Shown: in pieces, positions 11,206 through 21,560 of the stretch
How the letters are laid out: each line of letters opens with the position of its first letter
Position numbering within the stretch: the first letter of the stretch is position 1
Assembly: GCA_049322655.1 (NCBI GenBank)
Contig: JBMORP010000006.1
Coordinates: 13,863-77,862 of the forward strand
DNA: 64,000 nt
DNA from: Patescibacteria group bacterium
Lineage (GTDB): Bacteria; Patescibacteriota; Microgenomatia; UBA1400; PJMF01
Reading direction: 5' to 3'
Made by a program: the position numbers and the translations under genes
Notes under the pieces: model-generated
Told to the model about the DNA's origin: nothing
Databases searched by the model: none
Seen by the model: only the letters and a program-made list of their open reading frames with translations

Positions 11206-11736
11206 ATGAAAACTAGACAAGAATCAGTCGAACTCTTAAAGCAATATGTTAAGACAGAGGCTTTGCGCAATCATTGTCAGATGGTGGCCAAGGCTATGGA
11301 AGCCTATGCTAAAGAGCTTGGTGAAGATCAAGAACTTTGGTACCAAGCAGGCTTACTTCATGATTTAGATTGGGAGATGTTTCCAGATGAACATCCCAAC
11401 AAAGCTGTTAATGAACTTTTGATGGACTATCCAGTAGAACTAATTGAGGCAGTTAGAACTCATGCTCCAGGAAGAACTGGTAAACAACCAGCAACCACTT
11501 TAGAAAAGTATTTGTTCGCTTGTGATGAAATTTCTGGTTTAATGAATGCAGTTTCATTAATGAGACCAAATGGTTTCACTGATATGAATCCAAAATCTGT
11601 CAAAAAGAAACTTAAAGATAAATCTTTTGCAGCTAATGTTAGCCGCGAAGATATTAAGCAAGGTTTTGAGTTAATTGGCAAAACTCCAGATGAACACATT
11701 GCTTTTTTGATAGAAGTTTTTAAAAAGGAGAATTAG
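11206..11736 (+). CDS. HD-domain phosphohydrolase family protein
   Basis: H...HD metal-binding pattern (LLHDLDWEMFPDEHPNKA), 176 aa. Confidence 0.6.
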   Translation: MKTRQESVELLKQYVKTEALRNHCQMVAKAMEAYAKELGEDQELWYQAGLLHDLDWEMFPDEHPNKAVNELLMDYPVELIEAVRTHAPGRTGKQPATTLEKYLFACDEISGLMNAVSLMRPNGFTDMNPKSVKKKLKDKSFAANVSREDIKQGFELIGKTPDEHIAFLIEVFKKEN

Positions 11737-11738
11737 TC

Positions 11739-13010
11739 ATGTTAGACATTTTTTTTATCAAAGAAAATCCTCAGGAGATTAAGAAGGCTTGTCAGGTTAA
11801 AAATCTGGATGAATCAATAGTTGATAGTTTATTGGCTGTTGACGAAAAAAGAAGGACTTTGCTTAGTCAAGTTCAAGTCTTGAGAACAGAAGTTAATAAA
11901 AACGCCGACGAAGTAAAACAACAAGTTCAACAAACTGGTAAACCAAGCCAAGAATTAATTGAAAAGGGCAAATTATTAAAAGCTCAACTCAAGGATGTAG
12001 AGCCAGAACTAAAATTAGTTGATCAAGAATTTATTGAGCTAATGTTAGAAATTCCCAATGTGCCTGCTGCAGACGTCCCTGTTGGTCTAGATGAGACTGG
12101 AAACAAGATTGAAAGACAAGAAGGGAAATTACCTGAATTTGATTTTGAGGTTAAAGATCACCAACAACTAATGGAGGATTTGGGTCTTTTGGATACTAAA
12201 AAGGCAGTTAAAATTGCCGGTTTTAGAGGTTATTTTCTCAAAGGTGATGGTTTATTGCTGGAAAGGGCTCTTTTGGATTATGCCTTAGACTTGATGATCA
12301 AGCATGGTTTTGAACCAATGAGTGCGCCAGTATTAGTCAAAAAAGAAGCCATGGTGGGAACAGGCTATTTCCCTTGGGGACAAGAAGATCATTATAAAAC
12401 TCAAGATGAGACTATTTTAGCTGGAACTTCTGAAGTTGCTTTAACGGCTTATCATCTAGGTGAAACCTTGGTTGAAAAAGATTTACCAATTAAAATGGTT
12501 GGTATCTCGCCTTGTTTTAGACGAGAGGTTGGTTCTTATGGTAAAGATACTAAAGGGATCATCCGGGTTCATCAGTTTAATAAAGTGGAACAAGTAGTTT
12601 ATACCGTAGCTGACGAAACAGAAACCAGAGATTGGCATCAGAAGATGTTGGGCTTTTCTGAGGAGCTGTTGCTTGGATTGGGTCTTCCTTATCAAGTATT
12701 GCTTATGTGTACTGGTGATATGGGTGCTGGTCAAAGAAAAAAATACGATATTGAGACTTGGTTTCCTGCTCAAAATAAATATCGTGAAACTCACTCTGCT
12801 AGTTACTTTAATGATTTTCAATCCAGGAGGCTTAATATTAGGTACCAGGCCAAAGATGGTAGCTTAAAGCATGTTTATACTTTAAATAATACTGTAGCAG
12901 CTTCTCCTCGATTATTGGCCGCTGTGGTAGAAAACTATCAACAAGCTGATGGAACTATTAAGGTTCCAGAAGTCTTACAGCCTTATCTGAAAAAGAAAGT
13001 TATTGGTTAA
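11739..13010 (+). CDS. serS: Serine--tRNA ligase
   Basis: N-terminal coiled-coil arm plus class II core (FRREVGSYGKDTKGIIRVHQFNKVE, motif 2). Confidence 0.9.
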   Translation: MLDIFFIKENPQEIKKACQVKNLDESIVDSLLAVDEKRRTLLSQVQVLRTEVNKNADEVKQQVQQTGKPSQELIEKGKLLKAQLKDVEPELKLVDQEFIELMLEIPNVPAADVPVGLDETGNKIERQEGKLPEFDFEVKDHQQLMEDLGLLDTKKAVKIAGFRGYFLKGDGLLLERALLDYALDLMIKHGFEPMSAPVLVKKEAMVGTGYFPWGQEDHYKTQDETILAGTSEVALTAYHLGETLVEKDLPIKMVGISPCFRREVGSYGKDTKGIIRVHQFNKVEQVVYTVADETETRDWHQKMLGFSEELLLGLGLPYQVLLMCTGDMGAGQRKKYDIETWFPAQNKYRETHSASYFNDFQSRRLNIRYQAKDGSLKHVYTLNNTVAASPRLLAAVVENYQQADGTIKVPEVLQPYLKKKVIG

Positions 13011-13026
13011 TTGGGGATTAGTGAGT

Positions 13027-13728
13027 ATGTCCAAGATTCTAATTTTCTCTGATTCTCATTTAACTCCTCGGTTTAATGAAGATTCTTTTCAAAAGTTAGT
13101 TGCCTTGATTAATCAAGCCGATCGAGTGGTTATTAATGGTGATTTTTGGGAAGGTTATTTTTTTAGTTTTGATGATTTTGTTAATTCTAAATGGAGTCAA
13201 CTTTTTCCTTTATTAAAAGCAAAAAATACAGTTTATATTCACGGGAATCATGATTTGGCTAAGTATTTAGATGAGCGAGTTAATCTTTTTGCTGATGTAA
13301 TTACCGATAAATTTGAGTTTTCTTCTGGAGACAAAAACTTTGTTTGTTTGCATGGTCATCAATATATTGAAAGTCCTGCTAGACAATCAGTCTTAATGAG
13401 AATGAAGTTTTTACTAGGTAGCTTATATTTGGTTTATTATTTATTAATGAAGATAATGAGGAAAAGATTTTGGAAAATTTACCAATTTGAAAACGATCGT
13501 TTAAAAAAAATTCAACAACGAGAATTTGCTAATAAATACCTAATAACTGGTCACACCCACCTCATGGAGTATGATGGTTTTTTCATTAATACTGGTTCAA
13601 TGAGCTTTGGCTACTTTGATTATACTTGGATCGAAGATGGTAAAATTAGACAGTATAATGAAACTTATAAAATTCCTCTGCTTGATCGGTTTATTGGTGT
13701 TTTTCCTCTGAAAAAAAAGTCGGTTTGA
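13027..13728 (+). CDS. Metallophosphoesterase (calcineurin-like phosphoesterase)
   Basis: Motifs DSH, GDFWEG, GNHD, HGH, GHTHL. ATG at 13027 (MSKILIFSDSHL) preferred over the alternative start at 13003, which overlaps the serS stop. Confidence 0.75.
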   Translation: MSKILIFSDSHLTPRFNEDSFQKLVALINQADRVVINGDFWEGYFFSFDDFVNSKWSQLFPLLKAKNTVYIHGNHDLAKYLDERVNLFADVITDKFEFSSGDKNFVCLHGHQYIESPARQSVLMRMKFLLGSLYLVYYLLMKIMRKRFWKIYQFENDRLKKIQQREFANKYLITGHTHLMEYDGFFINTGSMSFGYFDYTWIEDGKIRQYNETYKIPLLDRFIGVFPLKKKSV

Positions 13729-13745
13729 TCTATAATGGGTTTTCT

Positions 13746-16691
13746 ATGTTGAAGTTTTTTAAGTCACTTTTTGATGAAAATAAAAGAAGTTTAGACTCCT
13801 ATCAAAAGATTGTTGACCAGATCAACGCTTTCGAACCAGAAATCAAAAAACTATCTGATACAAAACTAGCCCAACAAACAAAAAAATTCCAAGAAATTAT
13901 TGAAGAAGTTAGAGCTAAAGTTACTCCAGGTGATGTGGCAGCTATGGCTACTGCTGAAGAGAACATTTTGGACGAACTTCTCCCAGAGGTTTTTGCGACA
14001 GTTCGGGAAGTTTCTCGACGTGTTTTAGGGATGAGGCACTATGATGTTCAGTTATTAGCTGGGATAGCTCTACATAAGAAAAACATTACCGAACAAAGAA
14101 CTGGAGAAGGTAAAACTCTTACGGTGACTGCTCCACTCTATCTCAATGCTTTGTTGGGTAAAGGGGCCCACTTAATTACAGTTAATGATTATTTGTCTGA
14201 AATTGGTGTTGGTTGGATGGGACCTATTTATCATTTCTTGGGGATGAAAGCTGCTGTAGTCGTTCATGATCATGCCAGACTTTATGACCCTAGTGTTGAT
14301 AGCGAAGAGCGTGGAGACGAAAGATTAGAACATTTTGTTGAGATTCCCAGAAAAGAAGCTTATTTGGCAGATATTACTTATGGAACTAATAATGAGTTTG
14401 GTTTTGACTATCTTAGAGACAACATGGTTCAAAGTCTTGATGGAATGGTGCAAAGACAAGATTATCCCCATCATTTTGTGATTGTTGATGAAGCTGATTC
14501 TATTTTGATTGATGAAGCTAGGACCCCGTTAATTATTTCTGCTCCAGACAGTGAACCAACCAAGAAGTACTATGATGCCGCTCACATGGTTAAGTCTTTG
14601 GTTAAAGATCAAGATTTTAATATTGATGAAAAATCTAGATCTGTCACTTTGACTGATTTGGGAGTGAAGAGAATCGAGCAAAAGCTAGGAGTTAAAAATC
14701 TTTATGAAGAGAGTTTTGATACCATTCACCATGTTGAATCAGCGCTGAAGGCTATGACTCTTTATCACCGTGATAAAGAATATATTGTTCGTGATAATCA
14801 AGTAGTAATTGTTGATGAACATACTGGTAGATTGATGTATGGTCGTCGTTATTCAGATGGTCTTCATCAAGCAATTGAGGCTAAAGAAAATGTTCCTATT
14901 CAGCAAGAGTCTAGAACACTGGCCACAATCTCTTTGCAAAACTATTTTCGTCTTTATCATAAACTGTCAGGTATGACCGGAACAGCAGCGACTGAATCTG
15001 AAGAATTCAACACGATTTATGGAGTAAATGTTCTAGTTATTCCTACTAATAAGCCGGTTGCTCGCGATGATCGATCTGATGTGGTTTACAAAACTACAGC
15101 CGCTAAATATTCAGCTATTGTAAGAGAAGTTGAAGAGCTCCACCGACAAGGTCGACCAGTTTTGATTGGTACTAGATCGATTGAACACAACCAAATTATT
15201 GCTCAATTTTTGCAAAGAAAAAAAATTCCTCATCAAGTTTTAAATGCTAAAAACAATGAGAAAGAGGCATTTATTATTGCCGATGCTGGTAAAAAAGGAG
15301 CCATTACGGTGGCTACAAATATTGCTGGTCGAGGGGTAGATATTGTCTTGGGTGGTGCTCCACCAGAGTTAAAGGAGTATCGTAAGAAAAACCTAACCAA
15401 AGGTAAAGCAAAACTCCCCAAAGAGTATCAAGACCTTCGTTTACCAACTAATATCAATCCTGCTAATTATAAATTAAAAGAATATGCTGCTGCTTTAAAA
15501 AATTGGCAAGCTGCTCACCAAGAAGTAATTGATCTGGGCGGGTTGCATATCATTGGTACTGAACGTCATGAATCTAGACGTATCGATAATCAACTTCGTG
15601 GTCGTGCTGGTAGACAAGGCGATCCTGGTTCTTCTCAGTTTTTTGTTTCTCTTGATGATGATGTGATGCGTATTTTTGGTGGTGAGCAAATTGCTAAAGT
15701 GATGGACTTCTTGAAAATTGAAGAAGATCAACCAATTGAACATTCAATGGTCAGTAAATCAATTGAGTCTGCTCAAGTGAAAGTAGAGGGTTTTTTCTTT
15801 GATCAAAGAAAAAGATTAGTTGAGTTTGATGATGTAATGAATAAACATCGGGAGATTCTCTATGGTCGACGACGAAGATTGTTGGAGTTGGCTGAAGATG
15901 AAGACCATCAATTGCTGAGAGATAAAATTATTGAATACTTGGATGAAGAAATTAACAGTTTGGTAATGACGAGAACAGCAGCTGGTTTTTCCGATGAAAT
16001 GTATGAGGCTTTGAATAAAGACTTAGTAAAATTAATTCCTTTTGATGAGACTTCACAAAATAGAATCAAGAAAGATTTAGCTCAAACAGAGAACGAACAA
16101 GAATTGATCGAGAAGTTTAGAGCAATTGTCAATAAAACCTATGATTCTAGAAAAAATGTTCTTGGAGATGATCAACTTCATAATCTAGAGAAAATTGTAG
16201 TTTTATCGACAATAGATGAAAAATGGATGGATCACTTGGATGAGGTTGATAGTTTGAGAGAGGGTATTTGGTTGAGAGGAGATAAAAAAACTGTTCTTTC
16301 TGAATACAAAAAAGAAGCCTTTGTGATGTTTGAGAAGTTGGTTGATAATATTGAAAGCACTATTGCACATCGTATTTTTAGAGTTCATCCTGTTCAAAGA
16401 CCAATTACATCAGTAGTACCTAAGAACATTGAACTGAAAAAAGAGGATATTCATGAAAGCTTAGCCAAAGAAGTTGCTGATGCTACTCCTCCATCAACTA
16501 ATAAGGCACCAACTAAAAAAACTGGTTCATTGGGAGATTTGGCTCAAGCTCTTGGTACAGCTAAGGCAGGTGCTGCCCCCAATCCAGGCTCAAAACAAGT
16601 TAAGATTGGGAGAAATGATCCCTGTCCGTGCGGAAGTGGTTTGAAATATAAGAAGTGTGGCTTGATTAATGCTCCTGAACATAAGGGGTAG
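13746..16691 (+). CDS. secA: Preprotein translocase ATPase SecA
   Basis: MLKFFKSLFDENKRSL N-terminus, DEAD-like motor (VDEADSILIDEARTPLIIS), C-terminal zinc finger CPCGSGLKYKKCG. Confidence 0.95.
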   Translation: MLKFFKSLFDENKRSLDSYQKIVDQINAFEPEIKKLSDTKLAQQTKKFQEIIEEVRAKVTPGDVAAMATAEENILDELLPEVFATVREVSRRVLGMRHYDVQLLAGIALHKKNITEQRTGEGKTLTVTAPLYLNALLGKGAHLITVNDYLSEIGVGWMGPIYHFLGMKAAVVVHDHARLYDPSVDSEERGDERLEHFVEIPRKEAYLADITYGTNNEFGFDYLRDNMVQSLDGMVQRQDYPHHFVIVDEADSILIDEARTPLIISAPDSEPTKKYYDAAHMVKSLVKDQDFNIDEKSRSVTLTDLGVKRIEQKLGVKNLYEESFDTIHHVESALKAMTLYHRDKEYIVRDNQVVIVDEHTGRLMYGRRYSDGLHQAIEAKENVPIQQESRTLATISLQNYFRLYHKLSGMTGTAATESEEFNTIYGVNVLVIPTNKPVARDDRSDVVYKTTAAKYSAIVREVEELHRQGRPVLIGTRSIEHNQIIAQFLQRKKIPHQVLNAKNNEKEAFIIADAGKKGAITVATNIAGRGVDIVLGGAPPELKEYRKKNLTKGKAKLPKEYQDLRLPTNINPANYKLKEYAAALKNWQAAHQEVIDLGGLHIIGTERHESRRIDNQLRGRAGRQGDPGSSQFFVSLDDDVMRIFGGEQIAKVMDFLKIEEDQPIEHSMVSKSIESAQVKVEGFFFDQRKRLVEFDDVMNKHREILYGRRRRLLELAEDEDHQLLRDKIIEYLDEEINSLVMTRTAAGFSDEMYEALNKDLVKLIPFDETSQNRIKKDLAQTENEQELIEKFRAIVNKTYDSRKNVLGDDQLHNLEKIVVLSTIDEKWMDHLDEVDSLREGIWLRGDKKTVLSEYKKEAFVMFEKLVDNIESTIAHRIFRVHPVQRPITSVVPKNIELKKEDIHESLAKEVADATPPSTNKAPTKKTGSLGDLAQALGTAKAGAAPNPGSKQVKIGRNDPCPCGSGLKYKKCGLINAPEHKG

Positions 16692-16695
16692 CAAT

Positions 16696-17307
16696 ATGAA
16701 ATACCTTATCATGCACGGCTCGTTTGGTTCTCCAGATGAAAACTGGTTTAGATGGTTAGAAAAAGAGCTTAAGAAAAAAAAATATCAAGTCATTCTTGAG
16801 CAATTTCCTGTAGATAACTGGAACAAATTAACCAGTTTGGGAATATATAACAGAGACAAATACAAAATTATTCAAACTGTTGCTAGTTGGGAAAAATTTT
16901 TTTTAGATAATATTTATCCAAAACTTAAAAATCAAGAATTTGTGTTTATTGGGCACTCACTTGCCCCGTTGTTCTTTTTACATTTATTAGAAAAGTATGA
17001 TTTAAAAGTAAATAAAGCTATTTTTGTTTCGCCTTTTTTTGAATTAGAAGATAAATTAGATATCTGGCAATTTTATCCAGTAAATAAGGATTTTTATAAA
17101 ACTAATTTTGATTTTCAACTTATAAAAAATAAAATTAAGCAATCTTTTGTTGTTTATGGTGATAATGATCCTTATGTTCCAATTTCTCAACCAAAAGAGT
17201 TTGCTAAAAAACTAAAAGCTAAGGAATTAGTAATTATTAATGGTGGACATTGTGGTAGTGTTTTTACTGAATTTCCAGAAATTTTAGCTATTAGTTTAGA
17301 AAGATGA
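16696..17307 (+). CDS. YdeN/RBBP9-family serine hydrolase (alpha/beta fold)
   Basis: MKYLIMHGSFGSPDENWFRWL; GHSLA nucleophile elbow; overall alignment to the B. subtilis YdeN pattern. Confidence 0.65.
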   Translation: MKYLIMHGSFGSPDENWFRWLEKELKKKKYQVILEQFPVDNWNKLTSLGIYNRDKYKIIQTVASWEKFFLDNIYPKLKNQEFVFIGHSLAPLFFLHLLEKYDLKVNKAIFVSPFFELEDKLDIWQFYPVNKDFYKTNFDFQLIKNKIKQSFVVYGDNDPYVPISQPKEFAKKLKAKELVIINGGHCGSVFTEFPEILAISLER

Positions 17308-17308
17308 T

Positions 17309-18157
17309 ATGCCTGAATTACCAGAAGTAGAAACCGTCGTTCGTCGACTCAATGAAGTTTTACCTGGTAATATAATTAAAAAAGTTAGTGTGTTACGTGA
17401 TAAAAGTTTTCAAGGTGATCCTGCTGATATTACTGGTTCAACTATTAAAAGTGTTTCTCGTCGAGCAAAAATTATTTCTATTAATTTAGATAACAATTTA
17501 AGCATTTTGGTTCACCTTAAAATGACCGGACAATTAATTTATTTATCAGCTGATGGTAAAGTTGGTGGTGGCCATCCTACTAGTGATTGGGTCAAAGAAC
17601 TGCCAAGTAAACATACTAGAATTGCAGTAAGTCTAAATGATCAACGTAAAATCTTTTTTAATGACATGAGAGTTTTTGGTTGGTGGAAAGTTGTTGATGA
17701 GCTTGGAGCTCAACAAGAATATTCAAATTATGGACCTGATGTTAATACTGATGACTTTACTCTTGAATACTTTACTGAAAAATTAAAGAGAAAAATCATG
17801 ACAATTAAACAAGCGATCATGGATAATAAGATTGTGGCTGGTGTGGGTAATATTTATGCCAGTGAAGCTTTATTTTTGGCTGGTATTCATCCAGAAAGAA
17901 AAGCTAATAGTTTAAGTAAAGATGAGACTATTAGTTTATTTAATTTCATGAAAGAAGTAATTAATGATGGCATCAATTCTGGAGGAACTACTTTTGATGG
18001 TAAATATGTAGACATTTATGGTTTTTCTGGTAGTTACCAAAATAAACTTAGAGTTTATGGCCAGGAGGGAAAGAATTGTGCTATTTGTAGTAGGTCAATT
18101 AAAAAAATAAAATTAGGAGGAAGAGGCTCTTATTTCTGTGAGTTCTGTCAAAAATAA
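17309..18157 (+). CDS. mutM: Formamidopyrimidine-DNA glycosylase
   Basis: N-terminal MPELPEVETVVRRL (catalytic Pro2/Glu3), H2TH region, C-terminal zinc finger CAICSRSIKKIKLGGRGSYFCEFCQ. Confidence 0.9.
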   Translation: MPELPEVETVVRRLNEVLPGNIIKKVSVLRDKSFQGDPADITGSTIKSVSRRAKIISINLDNNLSILVHLKMTGQLIYLSADGKVGGGHPTSDWVKELPSKHTRIAVSLNDQRKIFFNDMRVFGWWKVVDELGAQQEYSNYGPDVNTDDFTLEYFTEKLKRKIMTIKQAIMDNKIVAGVGNIYASEALFLAGIHPERKANSLSKDETISLFNFMKEVINDGINSGGTTFDGKYVDIYGFSGSYQNKLRVYGQEGKNCAICSRSIKKIKLGGRGSYFCEFCQK

Positions 18158-18651
18158 TGAGAAAAACCATTTATTCAGTCACCAATTTTTTGCATTGTGG
18201 TAATGATTATTTATTTATTCATCGCATTAATAGAAGTAACAAGGTTGATGGAGGTAGGTTAAATGGAATTGGTGGCAAGCTCGAACCAGGAGAAAATTTT
18301 TTGCAAACAGCGATTAGAGAAACAATTGAAGAAACTGGTTATCAGGTTGCAGTGAAAGATGTTAAATTGGCTGGGGTGGTAAGAATGCATGGTGGTTATA
18401 GTGATGATTGGATGATGAGTTTTTTTAAAATCGAAGTACCAACGAAAAAAATTCCTTTAGGTGATAAGAATGCTGAGGGTGAATTAATTTGGTTGCCTGC
18501 AGAGAAAGTTTTGACTAGTGGTTATGAGTTGGTGGATGATCTCAATTACTGTTTTCCAGAAATAGTGAAAAATAATATTCCATTTTTTGTTCATGCTCAA
18601 ATGACAGAAGAAGAAAAAGTTGAGACTTGGAATGTTAGTTACTTAAAGTGA
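18157..18651 (+). CDS. NUDIX hydrolase
   Basis: Nudix box GGKLEPGENFLQTAIRETIEETGY. Confidence 0.8.
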   Translation: MRKTIYSVTNFLHCGNDYLFIHRINRSNKVDGGRLNGIGGKLEPGENFLQTAIRETIEETGYQVAVKDVKLAGVVRMHGGYSDDWMMSFFKIEVPTKKIPLGDKNAEGELIWLPAEKVLTSGYELVDDLNYCFPEIVKNNIPFFVHAQMTEEEKVETWNVSYLK

Positions 18652-18813
18652 ATTTATAGTTTCTTTTAAAAAATATAACTAATATAGTGTTTAAGTTTGT
18701 CTGAGGAGATCTGTTAGTTAATTTTACAAATAGAAAATTTTATCGAAGAGATTACAAATTTAATTAACTATATTAGTTATGTGAATTATAAAAAAGTTTT
18801 ATTTATTTTAAAA

Positions 18814-19746
18814 TTATAAATAATTTTTCAAAATATTCACTGATTTTTCTAAAGATTTTTTTTCTTCCCATGAAAGCTTGATTTCAATGGTTTGTTCTAC
18901 CCCACTGCGTCCGATAACACATGGTACGCTGAGGGCAACTCCACTATGACCATAGTAGTTGTGAAGTGGAATTGAAACTGGATAAACTTTTTTACTGTTA
19001 GTTAAAATCGTTTCAACGAGTTTAGCCGCAGCTGTAGCGATGGCATAATAAGTAGCTCCTTTGGCTTTGATAATATTGTAGGCAGCATCTCTGGTTTTGT
19101 GGTAGGCGGCTAAAGCTTTTTCTTCACTCATGCCAGTTATTGATAGTAGACTTTGGCCTCCGGCTATGGCTCCAGAAATTGCTGGAAAGGAGCTATCACC
19201 GTGCTCACCAAGGATATAAGCATGAATGCTTTTGGGATTAATTTTAAGATACTCAGATAAATGGAAACGAAATCTAGAGGTATCAAGGGTGGTGCCAGAA
19301 CCAAAAATTCTTCCTTTTGGCAAGCCGGCAATTTTGTAAGCTTCATAGGTTAAGATATCTACAGGATTACTAACAATGATAATAATTGAATCCGGAGCAT
19401 ATTTTAAAATTTTGGGAATTGCATCATGAATAATAGCTTTATTTTTTTCGACTAGGTCAAGCCTTGTTTCACCTGGTTTTTGTGAATCACCAGCAGTAAA
19501 AACTACTACGTCGGTATTAACTAAATCTTCATAGTTGTCAGAAGCATGAATATTAGTATGTCTTAAAAAAGACAAGCCATGTTCTAAATCAAGTTTTTCT
19601 CCTTCGGCTTTAGCTTTTGACCGACTTAGGAGCAATAGCTCATTGACAGTTCCTTGTTGGAGTAAAGCAAAAGCGGTCGACATGCCCACCTTACCACAGC
19701 CAATAATTGCTACCTTATTATAGTTAAAATGTTTTTTTTTGATCAT
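18814..19746 (-). CDS. ldh: L-lactate dehydrogenase
   Basis: NAD-binding VAIIGCGKVG, IVSNPVDILTY, LGEHGDSS signature of LDH. Confidence 0.85.
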   Translation of the reverse strand: MIKKKHFNYNKVAIIGCGKVGMSTAFALLQQGTVNELLLLSRSKAKAEGEKLDLEHGLSFLRHTNIHASDNYEDLVNTDVVVFTAGDSQKPGETRLDLVEKNKAIIHDAIPKILKYAPDSIIIIVSNPVDILTYEAYKIAGLPKGRIFGSGTTLDTSRFRFHLSEYLKINPKSIHAYILGEHGDSSFPAISGAIAGGQSLLSITGMSEEKALAAYHKTRDAAYNIIKAKGATYYAIATAAAKLVETILTNSKKVYPVSIPLHNYYGHSGVALSVPCVIGRSGVEQTIEIKLSWEEKKSLEKSVNILKNYL

Positions 19747-20714
19747 ATTTTTTGTTTAAGCAGATTTTCTATGGTAGTTTTTATTGAATCTTGGTCTAAA
19801 CCATGTTTTTGCCATAGTTCCAATGGTTTTCCAGATTCACCAAAAGTATCATTTAGACCCAAGAATTGATGAGGTAAAGCTAGCAACTGACTTGTTACTT
19901 TATCCTTGGCTAGGGCCTCTGTGACCGCCGAAGCAACTCCACCTGTGAGTTGATGCTCTTCAATGGTAATAAAAGCTTGAGTCTTTTTTAGAGATTCAAT
20001 AATAGTAGTGGTATCGGTTGGTTTGAGAGTGTGAAGATTAATAATCTCAACTGAATAGTTGGGTAGTTTTTGTACTGCCTGCCAAGCTTCAGCCAGAATA
20101 GGCCCGGACCCAATAATAGATAAATCTTTTCCTGACTTTAAAACTTGAGCACTACCAATCTCAAATTTATCTTCTGGTCGAGTTAAATTTAAGGTTTTTT
20201 CTCTAGTTAACCTTAAATAAGCTGGTTTTTTAAGGTTGATCAAAGCATGAACTGCTTGTTTGGTTTGGTGGTAATCAACGGGACTAATAACAGTCATATT
20301 GGGTAAAACCCTCATTAGAGCTAAGTCTTCCAAACCTTGTTGAGTATAACCATCTTCGCCTACATTTAAACCAGTGTGCCCTCCCACAATAATGACTGGT
20401 AAATTTGAGTAACAGATTGAATCTCTAATTTGTTCCCAAGTTCTACCTGGGCTAAAAACAGCAAAACTAGTAGCGAAAGGAATCTTTCCTCCGATAGTCA
20501 ATCCAGCCGCAACTCCAACCATGTTTTGTTCAGCAATGCCAACTTGAATGAATCTTCCAGGAAATTTTTTAGCAAATTGGTCTAATCTAAGTGATTCTGT
20601 TAAATCAGCCGTTAAAGCTACTACTTGTTCATTGGCTGTGGCTACTTCTAACATCGCTTCACCAAAACCGTCTCTGGTGCTTTTGGGTTGCTGGGTTGTT
20701 AATGATTCATTCAT
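19743..20714 (-). CDS. Transketolase, C-terminal (pyrimidine-binding) subunit of a split enzyme
   Basis: Pyr-binding and C-terminal domains of transketolase; 4-nt overlap with the downstream gene; paired with an N-terminal TPP-binding subunit gene. Confidence 0.85.
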   Translation of the reverse strand: MNESLTTQQPKSTRDGFGEAMLEVATANEQVVALTADLTESLRLDQFAKKFPGRFIQVGIAEQNMVGVAAGLTIGGKIPFATSFAVFSPGRTWEQIRDSICYSNLPVIIVGGHTGLNVGEDGYTQQGLEDLALMRVLPNMTVISPVDYHQTKQAVHALINLKKPAYLRLTREKTLNLTRPEDKFEIGSAQVLKSGKDLSIIGSGPILAEAWQAVQKLPNYSVEIINLHTLKPTDTTTIIESLKKTQAFITIEEHQLTGGVASAVTEALAKDKVTSQLLALPHQFLGLNDTFGESGKPLELWQKHGLDQDSIKTTIENLLKQKI

Positions 20715-20718
20715 TTAG

Positions 20719-21549
20719 TTACTCCAAGATTTCTTTTAAGGCTTGTGCGGCTTCTTGTTGATTGGGAGCTTTCCCATGCCAATCTGAGTTTTTTTCCATA
20801 AAAGATACACCCTTACCAGCTACCGTATGGCAAATAATTACTGAAGGAAAATCATTAGCAAGGTCTTTCTCTATAGCTTTTTGGATTTGGTAGAAATCAT
20901 GGCCATTGACCTCAAGTACATTCCAGCCAAAACTTTTTAATTTAGCAAAAAGTGGGTTGATGGCTAACGTATCAGCAATTTTTCCAGAAATCTGAATGTC
21001 ATTAGCATCCAAAATAATTGACAAATTACCAAGTTGATATTTGGTGGCTAATAACAGTGCTTCCCAAGTTTGTCCTTCTTGATATTCTCCATCACTCATA
21101 GTGCAAAAAACATGATTCTTTTTTTGATCCATTCTCAATGCTAATGCCAAACCAACTGCTTGAGAAATTCCTTGCGCCAATGAGCCAGCCGAGATCTCAA
21201 CTCCTGGCAACAGACCTCTTTGGGGATGACCTTGAAGACGACTACCCATTTTTCTGAGAGTAGCTAACTCCTCTACTGGAAAATATCCTGCTTCAGCCAA
21301 AGTAGCATATAAGGCTGGACAGTGATGGCCGTTAGACATTAAGACATAGTCTCGACCTTCCCAATTGGGATGTTCAGGTTGATGGTTAATTTGTTGGAAA
21401 TAAAGATAAACCAAAATATCTACCATACTCAAAGAGCCTGCAGGATGACCACTGCCAGCTAAATAAAGCATACGAATAACATTAGCTCTAATATTTTTAG
21501 CAATTTCTTGAAGACGATAATGATCTTCTTTGGTGAGTTGGGCAGACAT
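20719..21549 (-). CDS. Transketolase, N-terminal (TPP-binding) subunit of a split enzyme
   Basis: GHPAGSLSMVDILVYLY and the GDG...E TPP-binding region. Confidence 0.85.
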   Translation of the reverse strand: MSAQLTKEDHYRLQEIAKNIRANVIRMLYLAGSGHPAGSLSMVDILVYLYFQQINHQPEHPNWEGRDYVLMSNGHHCPALYATLAEAGYFPVEELATLRKMGSRLQGHPQRGLLPGVEISAGSLAQGISQAVGLALALRMDQKKNHVFCTMSDGEYQEGQTWEALLLATKYQLGNLSIILDANDIQISGKIADTLAINPLFAKLKSFGWNVLEVNGHDFYQIQKAIEKDLANDFPSVIICHTVAGKGVSFMEKNSDWHGKAPNQQEAAQALKEILE

Positions 21550-21560
21550 AAGATGTTATT

